Source: Candidatus Aminicenantales bacterium (GTDB lineage Bacteria; Acidobacteriota; Aminicenantia; Aminicenantales; Saccharicenantaceae). Taken from it: a stretch of 64,000 nt of DNA. Both the position numbers and the translations under genes were made by a program. Shown piece by piece: positions 17,404 through 27,900 of the stretch. The stretch spans positions 242 to 64,241 of the forward strand of contig JBEKVN010000002.1 of NCBI GenBank assembly GCA_049513915.1, in the 5' to 3' direction. The stretch's first letter is position 1. Each line of letters starts with the position of its first letter. The notes below the pieces were generated by a model, which was not told the origin of the DNA, ran no database searches, and saw only the letters and a program-made list of their open reading frames with translations.

Positions 17404-19617
17404 GTGATCTTTTCGCATAAGAAGACCCGGGCGCTCCTCATCGCCTCGCTCGCCCTGTTCTCGGTCTTCGGGGTTCTCCCCTCCGGCCGTTTAGCGGCTT
17501 ACGCCGGCCTCGACACGGTCACGCTCACCAAGACCGACGCTCCGCCCGTCATCGACGGGAAGCTCGACGACCCGGCCTGGGCGACCGCCGTCAAGTTCGA
17601 CGATTGGAAGACGTTCAATCCCGACATCGACAAAGACCCCAGTCAGAAGACCGTGGCTTACCTGACCTATGATGCGAACAACCTCTATTTCGCCGTCCGC
17701 TGCTTCGACACGGAACCGGGCAAGATCAAGGCCGCCATGAGCAAGCGCGACGGGATCGACGCGGACGACATCATCGGCTTCATCCTCGACACGTTCAACG
17801 ACCAGCAGGCCGGCTTCACGTTCATGCTCAACGCCCAGGGCATCCAGGAGGACGGCATGATGAACGTCCAGGGGAACGTGGACAGCGGCTTCGACATGAT
17901 CTGGTACAGCCGGGGCCAAATCGACGACCAGGGCTGGACGGTCGAGGCCCGGATCCCGCTCCAGAGCATCCGCTTCCCGAACAAGAAGGCACTGACCATG
18001 CGGGCCGTGTTCTTCCGGTTCTTCACCCGGACTTCGGAAAAGGCCACCTCGCCCCCGATCAATCCGAACAGTGGGAGCATCATGGGCCAATCCCGGCCGA
18101 TCCAGGTCTCGGGGCTTCACTATAAAAGGGTCGTCGAGCTCCTCCCTGCCGCCACCTACCGGGTCGTCGAGGATGCCCAGGACGGCCGCCTGGTTAAGAC
18201 CGACCAGACGAAACTCAAGGACGTCCTCGGCCTCACGGCCAAGATCGGCCTGACCTCCGACCTCGTTTTCGACGGCGCCTGGAACCCCGACTTCAGCCAG
18301 GTCGAGGCCGATGCCGGCCAGGTCGACATCAATCTCCGCTATGCCAACTATTATCAGGAAAAGCGGCCGTTCTTCCTCGAACGGCAGGACCTCTGGCAGT
18401 TCGGTGCCATGATGGAGGACTCCCCCTTGCAGTCGCTCGTCTACACGCGGACGATCATTGCCCCGGACTATGGATTCCGTCTGACGGGGAAGTTCACCCC
18501 CCGGGACACGATCGCCGCCATTTATGCCCGTGACCACCTCCCCGGCGATACCATCGACGAGCACCCCGATTTCACCATCGCCCGCTACCGGCATTCCCTG
18601 AAGGACGACGGCTATATCGGCGGATTCTATACCGGGCGCGAGGCCGGCCACTGGTTCAACCGCGTGGGCGGGCTCGACGGGCGCTTCCGGCTGAGCCAGG
18701 TCTCGGTCCTCTCGTTCCACGCCTTCGGCTCCATGACGCGCAAGCCGGACGAGGCAGGTCAGGACGTGGGTAGGGCTGACGGGCACGCCCTGTCCGTCCT
18801 CTACGAATATTCGACCCGGAAATGGATCCTCAACCTGGGGTACCAGGATGTCTCCAAGGATTTCCAGGTCGACACGGGTTTCCTGACCCGCACGGGCGTG
18901 CGGAGGATCGGCGACTTCGCCATGTACCAGATTTATCCGAAATCGAAACTCATCCAGAGAATCGAGCCCTTCTACTGGGGCTATCAACTCTACGACACGA
19001 TCTACAACATGTGGGAGACGATGAACCTTTTCGTCCTGCGGTTTTACCTGCCCCGGAACACGCAGGTCCGTTTCGAGGGCATCCTGGCGAACGAAGTCTA
19101 CGCCGCGCACAGGTTCGACCGCAGCGGCTTCGGGTTCCGGATTGAGACCCAGCTCTACAAACAGCTCTACCTCTACGGCAACATCCGGCAATGGGGGAAG
19201 ATTTTCTATGATCCGGAAGCTCCATACCAGGGTGACGGGATATCGTCTCAAGGCGGCGTGCGATACCAGCCTATCGACAAGCTGGACCTTTCGCTCGACC
19301 TGACCTATTCGACGTTTAACAGGCGCTCGGACCGCGCGAACATCTACAGCTATACGATTCTCCGGGACAGAAACGTATTCCAGCTCAACAAGTACCTCTT
19401 CTTCCGCGGCATCGTCGAGTACAATCTCTATTACAAGCGGATGACCCTGGACGGGCTGGTTTCATTCACCTATATCCCGGGCACGGTCTTCTACGTCGGG
19501 TACGGGTCGGCGCTCGAGCGGACGGAATGGGACGGCTCCGCTTACGTGCCGAGCGACCGATTCCACGAGATGCGGCGCGGATTCTTCTTCAAGGTCAGCT
19601 ATCTCTGGCGGCTGTAA
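17404..19617 (+). CDS. Putative outer-membrane protein with N-terminal CBM9/DUF5916-like domain and C-terminal beta-barrel
   Basis: GTG start after a GGAG RBS, then a signal peptide. N-terminal DAPPVIDGKLDDPAWATAVKFDDW...NNLYFAVRCFD is CBM9/DUF5916-like. The C-terminal half alternates amphipathic strands and ends ...FFFKVSYLWRL with an aromatic terminus typical of OM barrels. Confidence 0.45.
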   Translation: MIFSHKKTRALLIASLALFSVFGVLPSGRLAAYAGLDTVTLTKTDAPPVIDGKLDDPAWATAVKFDDWKTFNPDIDKDPSQKTVAYLTYDANNLYFAVRCFDTEPGKIKAAMSKRDGIDADDIIGFILDTFNDQQAGFTFMLNAQGIQEDGMMNVQGNVDSGFDMIWYSRGQIDDQGWTVEARIPLQSIRFPNKKALTMRAVFFRFFTRTSEKATSPPINPNSGSIMGQSRPIQVSGLHYKRVVELLPAATYRVVEDAQDGRLVKTDQTKLKDVLGLTAKIGLTSDLVFDGAWNPDFSQVEADAGQVDINLRYANYYQEKRPFFLERQDLWQFGAMMEDSPLQSLVYTRTIIAPDYGFRLTGKFTPRDTIAAIYARDHLPGDTIDEHPDFTIARYRHSLKDDGYIGGFYTGREAGHWFNRVGGLDGRFRLSQVSVLSFHAFGSMTRKPDEAGQDVGRADGHALSVLYEYSTRKWILNLGYQDVSKDFQVDTGFLTRTGVRRIGDFAMYQIYPKSKLIQRIEPFYWGYQLYDTIYNMWETMNLFVLRFYLPRNTQVRFEGILANEVYAAHRFDRSGFGFRIETQLYKQLYLYGNIRQWGKIFYDPEAPYQGDGISSQGGVRYQPIDKLDLSLDLTYSTFNRRSDRANIYSYTILRDRNVFQLNKYLFFRGIVEYNLYYKRMTLDGLVSFTYIPGTVFYVGYGSALERTEWDGSAYVPSDRFHEMRRGFFFKVSYLWRL

Positions 19618-20204
19618 CACGGAAAAAGGGTCCGTTGAAACCTTTCGCCCGGTCCGGACGTATGAAGAAGTGAGATGAGAAATAGCCAGGAAATGAGGAA
19701 CGGAAGACATCGTGCCAGCCGGCCGAACGCCGTTCGCGTCTCGTTGACCCCGGGAACGTCGGTGTTGGGCCTGATGGCCGCGGCCGTGGAGAAAAAAGTC
19801 CGGGCCGGGGCCGGACTGATCTCGTCGAGGGATTTCCTCTGGCCTGACTATCGGCTGACGCCCGCGCTCGTACACCCGAGCGGCGATGGCTCGGCCCACG
19901 TCCCGGGGCGCGGCCGGTCGTCGCGCCGCGGCTGACTCCCGCCGGTCCGGCCTGACTGCCACCCCGCGAAGCGGCGGATCCTATCCTGGATACCCCGAAA
20001 ATACCTCTGCGCGCCGGCGCATCCTCTCTGTGCTTTAACAATAAGTTAACGACTTCTTGACAAGTCCTTGACAACTCCACCGCCTTAAATGAATATCATT
20101 ATCAGCGAAAGGCGGTCGCGGGTTGGAAACCTGCGGAATTTCCTTTTCAGGGTGGTCTGCAATCCGCCGGCTGTCCGAGATCCTGTGCTCAGAAGGAGGG
20201 AACC

Positions 20205-21947
20205 ATGAAGAAAAGACTCTCGGCGCCATATCATATCGGGCCGGCCGCTCTCGTCTTGGCCCTGGGTCTGTGCGTCTCCTGCATTCCCCTTTATTATAAG
20301 GAATCGATCCAGGCGTCGGGACTTTCCAGCCGGACCATGGAAATCGTGGCCCTGCAGACGAAATCAGGTGAGAAGCTAACCTTCTCCACAAGCTGGCCGT
20401 CTCTCGTCCTGGGCGACAGGATCCTCATCAGCAACCCGAAATCGAGAATGTCGGTCGACCTTCCGCTAGAGAAGGTCAAGAGCGTGACCGAGGAACGGAA
20501 AGATGCTGAAGGAAGGCAAATCGCCGTTGTGGAATCCACGGACGGGTGGGTCTATCGGGGGATTATCAAGAGAGAGGGTACCTCCGTTTTCGTCGACGGC
20601 CGCGGATATCAAAGGGTCATTCCTCTGAGCGACGTCGATCTGGTCTGGGTCCGCAAATTCAATTGGCCCGCCTCGATGGGCGTCACCTTTCTCGCGGAAG
20701 TCGCCGTATCCGTCGGTTTGCTTGCGCTGTTCCCGCCGCGTTCATGCCCGATGGTCTATTCGTTCAACGGGGAGGAATACGTCCGCGACGCCGAACCCTA
20801 CGGCGGGGCCATCTGCCGCGGACTCGAGCGGGTGGAGTGGATCGGCCTGGACAATCTCAAGCCCGAGGGCGGCCGCTATAGACTCCAGCTGGCCAACGAC
20901 CTCGACGAGACCGACCGCACGGACGAACTCAAACTCGTCGTCGTCGACCATGCTCCGGGGCTCACCGTCGTCCCCGACACCACGGGCCGGATAAGGACGT
21001 TCAGCGTCCCCAAGCCGCCGCTCACGGCCGTCGACGCGAAGACCGGCCGGGACATTCTGCCGCTTGTTTCGGAGCGGGACCAGCGTTTCTGGCTCAGCCG
21101 GATGGAGGGGAAGAACCCCCGCCGTAACGGCGACCTCAAGGACGATCTCGTCCTCGAATTCGCCAAGCCGCCGGGCGCGCCCACAGCCAAGTTGCTCGCG
21201 AACGTCTGGAACACGGCTTGGGGAGTGGGCGCGGCCGAGCTGCTCCTCCAGGCCCGGGGCCGGACGCTTCCGTCCTGGCTGGCCGAGATCGACGCCCGCG
21301 GCCCGGCATATTGGTCGATCATGACTTGGTTCGTCCGCGAGGAGATGTTCAACCTCCAGGTCCGGGTCGAGACTCCGTCGGGATGGACAACGAAAGCCCT
21401 CCTCCAAGGGAGCGGCGCCGCCATGGCTAAGGACAAGGCCTACGAGCTCGACCTTCGGGACGTGCCAGGCGACCGCGTGCGGATCGCGCTGACCCCGGCC
21501 TCGGGTTTCTGGATGATCGATTACCTGGCCCTGGATTTTTCCGAGGACGCGCCGGTGCGGGTCACGGAGCTCGCCCCGATTTCGGCCGTCGACCGGAGCG
21601 GCCGCAGCGTCAGCGCGGAGCTGGCCTCCGCCGACGGCAATTACCAGGTCCTGACAGCCAAGGGGGACCGGGCCGAGATCGTGTTCGTGGCGCCTTCCCA
21701 GGATCCATCCTTGGCGCGGGCGGTGTTCGTCAAGGCCCGAGGATACTATGACGTCCCGATCGAAACGCTCTCGGAGCCGAATATCGATGTCGTGCGCACG
21801 TTCGACGTCCCGGGCGAGAGCCTGCGCTACGTCCTCATGCATCACCCCGCCATCGCGGCCGGCGGGCCGGCGTCCGCGTCCAGAAAAAACGGCTCCGTCG
21901 CCGGCGCGGGAGCCGCGGACAGGAACGAGATCCCGAAGAAGCGTTAA
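20205..21947 (+). CDS. Hypothetical lipoprotein (580 aa) with one internal TM segment
   Basis: Lipobox LGLCVSC. Internal hydrophobic helix VTFLAEVAVSVGLLALF. No recognisable catalytic motif. Its stop is 3 bp from the downstream radical-SAM start. Confidence 0.45.
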   Translation: MKKRLSAPYHIGPAALVLALGLCVSCIPLYYKESIQASGLSSRTMEIVALQTKSGEKLTFSTSWPSLVLGDRILISNPKSRMSVDLPLEKVKSVTEERKDAEGRQIAVVESTDGWVYRGIIKREGTSVFVDGRGYQRVIPLSDVDLVWVRKFNWPASMGVTFLAEVAVSVGLLALFPPRSCPMVYSFNGEEYVRDAEPYGGAICRGLERVEWIGLDNLKPEGGRYRLQLANDLDETDRTDELKLVVVDHAPGLTVVPDTTGRIRTFSVPKPPLTAVDAKTGRDILPLVSERDQRFWLSRMEGKNPRRNGDLKDDLVLEFAKPPGAPTAKLLANVWNTAWGVGAAELLLQARGRTLPSWLAEIDARGPAYWSIMTWFVREEMFNLQVRVETPSGWTTKALLQGSGAAMAKDKAYELDLRDVPGDRVRIALTPASGFWMIDYLALDFSEDAPVRVTELAPISAVDRSGRSVSAELASADGNYQVLTAKGDRAEIVFVAPSQDPSLARAVFVKARGYYDVPIETLSEPNIDVVRTFDVPGESLRYVLMHHPAIAAGGPASASRKNGSVAGAGAADRNEIPKKR

Positions 21948-21950
21948 GCC

Positions 21951-23135
21951 GTGAGAACATCAGACTTCACGCCCGGGCTTCCTATCGAGCCCCTCGCGCT
22001 TTCGGCCCGCAATGTGCCGCACGTCACGATTGAGACCAACCGGACGTGCAACATGCGCTGCCGCCTCTGCTACAACCTCGACCGGGAGTATGTGAAATCC
22101 GTCGACGATGTCAAAATGGACCTGGAGACCGCCCTGAGCCTGAGATGCCTGGCCGCCGTGACCCTCCTCGGCGGCGAACCGACGCTCTATCCGGGCCTCC
22201 CGGAGGTCATCAGCTACGTTAAGAGCCGGGGGCTGTTCTGCGCGCTTCTGACCAACGGCCTCAGGTTTCTCGACGGGGACGGGCCCGAAATCCTCGACCG
22301 AATCAAGCAGGCCGGGGTCGACCGCGTCTATATCCACGTCGATTCGGGGCAGGCCCATGTCCATGCGGATATCGAAGCGGCCAGGGAAAGAATGTCGTGC
22401 CTGCTCGAGGCGGCCCTGGTGCCCTTCGCCCTTTCGGTCACGCTATACGGCGGGGACGATGACGAGCTGGCGGCGATTATCCGGCGGTACTCCCGGTTCA
22501 GTTATTTCGAAGGGGTGCTGACGACGCTGCCCCACGATCCTTCCGGCCGGACGGCCCCTCATTCCGACCTGCGGGAGGTCTATGGGGGACTGAAGGCCGG
22601 CCTCGGACTCGAGCCGATATCCTTTATCCCGGCGGACGCCGACGACGGCGACGTTCGTTGGTTGATCTATTTCTACCTCATGAACGCGCGCACCGGCGAG
22701 GCGTTCCCGGTCTCGGCGAAAGTGCAGAGACTGGCCCAGAAGATCTTCCGGTGGGCGCCCGGTACTCAGTTCTTCGCCCAGACCCTGGGGCCGGCCTATC
22801 TTCGGGCGTCCCTCGTCCCGATCGTCCTGGCCGAACTTCTGTTCTCGCCGCGTCGAGCCGTGGCGCTCTACAGGCTCGTCCGCGGGAAAGACGCTGAGGA
22901 CGCCGGGCCGCGGCCGAACGGCGGCGGATTTGCGGGGCTGGGCAACCTCCGGGCCCAGTTCATCACGATCCAGGCGCCGCCCAAGATCGATTTCGCGTCC
23001 GGGCGCGCTTCGATCTGCAGGCACTGCCCGGACGCGACCGTCCGGAACGGAAAGCTCGTGCCTGTCTGCATCGCTGACCTCGTCAGCCCCCTCAACCCCC
23101 TGATGCAGCCTAAGCTGGCCTGCCCAGACATGTGA
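21951..23135 (+). CDS. Radical SAM protein
   Basis: CX3CX2C cluster in ETNRTCNMRCRLCYN near the N-terminus. Additional C-terminal cysteines (CRHCPD...CIADL...ACPDM). GTG start. Confidence 0.65.
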   Translation: MRTSDFTPGLPIEPLALSARNVPHVTIETNRTCNMRCRLCYNLDREYVKSVDDVKMDLETALSLRCLAAVTLLGGEPTLYPGLPEVISYVKSRGLFCALLTNGLRFLDGDGPEILDRIKQAGVDRVYIHVDSGQAHVHADIEAARERMSCLLEAALVPFALSVTLYGGDDDELAAIIRRYSRFSYFEGVLTTLPHDPSGRTAPHSDLREVYGGLKAGLGLEPISFIPADADDGDVRWLIYFYLMNARTGEAFPVSAKVQRLAQKIFRWAPGTQFFAQTLGPAYLRASLVPIVLAELLFSPRRAVALYRLVRGKDAEDAGPRPNGGGFAGLGNLRAQFITIQAPPKIDFASGRASICRHCPDATVRNGKLVPVCIADLVSPLNPLMQPKLACPDM

Positions 23136-23229
23136 ATTCAGTTTCACGCCTCGGAGCGAACCCCGATTGGCTTCGCGGCCGGCATTTGATTTTCCCCACG
23201 TCTACTGATTTAATAGTATCGGAAGGGGT

Positions 23230-24714
<1,485 letters not shown>

Positions 24715-24931
24715 ATAAAATAACCGGAATTTGGCCACCGTTTTTGGCCTTAACTATTTGTTTTTGGGGTCGAAAAAGAGGACTTAAGCTATTCAGCCAC
24801 AGAATATCCGACAAAAAGTATCCCTTATTGCTAGATTCCTTAACTCTTGTTTTTCGGCCTCCAAAACGCGGACTTAAGGCATAAAAAGGCCCCATTTAGT
24901 CGTTTATCTGTATTATTATAAATAAGTTAAG

Positions 24932-24958
24932 TTGGTCCGACCCCAAATCTGCTATAAT
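24932..24958 (+). promoter_or_regulatory. Possible hrpA promoter built on the repeat box: TTGGTC-N15-TATAAT ending 6 nt before the ATG
   Basis: TATAAT at 24953–24958 and TTGGTC (part of the TTGGTCCGACCCCAA box) at 24932–24937. The spacing is short (15 nt), so this is weak. Confidence 0.25.
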
Positions 24959-24964
24959 GCGGGC

Positions 24965-27900
24965 ATGGACAAGCGGGAGGCGGGGCAGACGACGGCCTCG
25001 GGTCATCTCCGGAAGATCCGCGAGCTTCTTGACCGAGCTATGCTCCGCGATAAAGAACAGGCCGTCCGTGCGCTGAGCGTGCTCCAAAGGCAACACGGGG
25101 GAGGCGCGCGGCCCGTGTCCGAGGGGCTCCTCCGCGACCTGGCCGCGCTCGAGGAACGGCTGGCGGCTTCGGCCGGCGAATGTCAGCGCCGGGCCCGCGC
25201 CCGGCCGCGAGTTTCGTATCCGCGCGAACTCCCCATCACCGCGCGCGCCGGCGAGATCATCGAGGCCATCCGCTCGCCCCGCAATCGGGTCGTCATCATC
25301 TCGGGGGAGACCGGCTGCGGCAAGAGCACCCAGATCCCTAAGATGTGCCTCGAGGCGGGGCGGGGGGTCGCCGGGCTCATCGGCTGCACTCAGCCGCGGC
25401 GCATCGCCGCCGTCACCATCGCCTACCGGATCGCCGAAGAGCTGGGTGAGGAGCTCGGCCGCTCCGTGGGCTACAAGATCCGCTTCCAGGACCGGACCTC
25501 CCGTGACGGCTACGTCAAGATCATGACCGACGGCATTCTGCTCGCCGAAACTCAGGGCGACCGCCGCCTCACGGACTATGACACGATCATCATCGACGAG
25601 GCCCACGAGCGCTCCCTCAACATCGATTTCCTCCTCGGCATCATGCGCCGGCTCCTCGACGACCGGCCCGAGCTCAAGCTGGTCATCACTTCGGCGACCC
25701 TGGATACGGAGAAGTTCTCGCAGGCCTTCCGGAACGCGCCCGTCATCGAGGTCAGCGGTCGGCTCTACCCCGTCGAGCTCGAGTACCGCCCGCCCGCGAA
25801 GGACACGGCCGAAGACAAGGACTACGTGGACCAGGCGGTCGAGGCCGTCGAATACATCCGGTGGGACAAGGCGGCCGGCGACATTCTCGTCTTCATGCCG
25901 ACCGAACAGGACATCCTCGAGACGCGCCGCATCCTCGAGGGGCGTAAATTTCCGGATACGGCGGTCCTGCCGCTCTTCTCGCGCCTGCCGGCGGGGCAGC
26001 AGCGCATGGTCTACAGCGTGAGCCGGCCGAAAATCGTCATCGCCACGAACGTCGCCGAGACTTCGCTTACGATCCCCGGCATCCGCTACGTCGTGGACAC
26101 GGGAGTCGCGCGGATCGCCCAGTACCAGCCGGGGACGCGCATCAACAGCCTGCCGATCAGCCCGATCTCGCGGGCTTCGGCGGACCAGCGCAAGGGGCGC
26201 TGCGGCCGCGTCCGGGAAGGGCTCTGCGTCCGGCTCTACTCGGAAACCGAATACGAATCGCGCGACGAATTCACGTCGCCGGAGATCCTGCGCTCGGACC
26301 TGGCCGAGGTCATCTTGAGGATGATCGACCTGGGGTTGGGTCATCCGCTCGAGTTCCCGTTCATCGACCGGCCCGCGGCCAAAACCGTGCGCGACGGCTA
26401 CGAAACGCTCGTCGAGCTCGGCGCGATTTCCAGAAGGGGGACACAATACTCTGTCCCTGAATATGAGCGGTCGGGAAAAGCGGGACAGAGTATTGTGTCC
26501 CCCTTAAGGATAAATGCGCAAGGCCCCGATTGGGCGCTCACCGACAAGGGCCGGATCATGGCCCGGATGCCCCTGGACCCGCGCGTCTCCCGAATGCTCG
26601 TCGAGGCCGGCCGCGAGAATTGCCTCCCCGAGGTCGCCGTCCTGGCCGCCGCCCTGAGCATCCGCGACCCGCGCGAGCGGCCTCCCGAGCTCGCGTCCCA
26701 GGCCGATGCCGTGCACGCCGCCTTCCGTGACCCGAACAGCGATTTCCTGCTTCTCCTGAACATTTGGAACCGCTACCACGGCGATTTTGAAAAGCTCGGG
26801 ACGGTCACCCAGAAGCGCAAGTTCTGCCACGATCATTTCCTCTCGTTCCCCAGGATGCGCGAGTGGGTCTACCTCTATGACGAGATCCGCTCTGTCCTCT
26901 CCGAACAGCACCAGACGCCGGGCAAAACCAAAGGGGAAGTCGGGCCCAAAAATCCGGAAACAAATATTGTGTCGCCGAAAAATAAATTGAAAGCGGAGGG
27001 CAAGGCGGCCGTCGTGCCCCACGCCGATATCTCGCCCGTCCTTTATGCCGCCATCCATCGCTCTATCCTGGCGGGATTCCTGTCAAATATCGCCGCTCTC
27101 AAAGAAAAGCGCATCTACACCGCGGCCAAGAACCGGGAGGTGACCCTCTGGCCGGGTTCCGTCCTCTTCAGCAAGGCGCCCGCCTGGATCGTGGCCACCG
27201 AGGTCGTCAAGACCTCGCGTCTGTTCGCCCGCCAGGCCGCGCGCATCGACCCCGCCTGGCTCGAGGACCTGGGCGGCTCCCTCTGCAAGCGCTCCTATTA
27301 CGACGCCGCCTGGGACCGCGGCCGTGGCGAGGTCGCGGCCAAGGAGCGGGTCACCCTGTTCGGCCTGGAGATCCTTCGCGACCGGCGCGTTTCCTACGGC
27401 CGGATCAACCCGGCCGAGGCGCATGAGATCTTCGTCATGTCCGGGTTGGTTGAAGGAGAGGTGGACGGTCCGCCCGCCTTCCTCCCGCACAACCTCGGCC
27501 TCCAGCACAAGGTCGAGGCCATGGAGGAAAAGCTCCGCCGCCGCGACATCATGATTCCCGAGGCCGAAATCGCCAAGCTCTATTCGGCCCGCCTGCCCGG
27601 AATTTGCGACATCCGGTCGCTTCTCAAGCTCATCAAGGACCGGGGCGGCGACGATTTCCTGCGCTTCACCGAAGACGACCTCATCCTCAGGCGCCCCGAC
27701 GCCGATACGGTGTCCGCGTTCCCCGACACAGTCGAGGTCGCCGGCCGCCCTTTCAGGGCTGTCTATAAGTTCGCCCCGGGCGAGGACGACGACGGCGTGA
27801 CCCTGAAGGTCCCGGCCTCGATCCTCTCCGCCATTCCCGACGGCCGGCTCGAATGGGGAGTCCCGGGGCAGTACAAGGACAAGATCGCCGCCCTGATCAA

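Noticed and set aside
19675-19935. 86-aa ORF in the long intergenic region
   Set aside because: Low-complexity R/G/A-rich sequence with no RBS or motif. It is treated as non-coding.
24932-24964. TTG start of the track ORF for hrpA
   Set aside because: It lies inside the TTGGTCCGACCCCAA repeat box. The in-frame ATG at 24965 (MDKREAGQ…) aligns with the usual HrpA N-terminus and is preceded by TATAAT.
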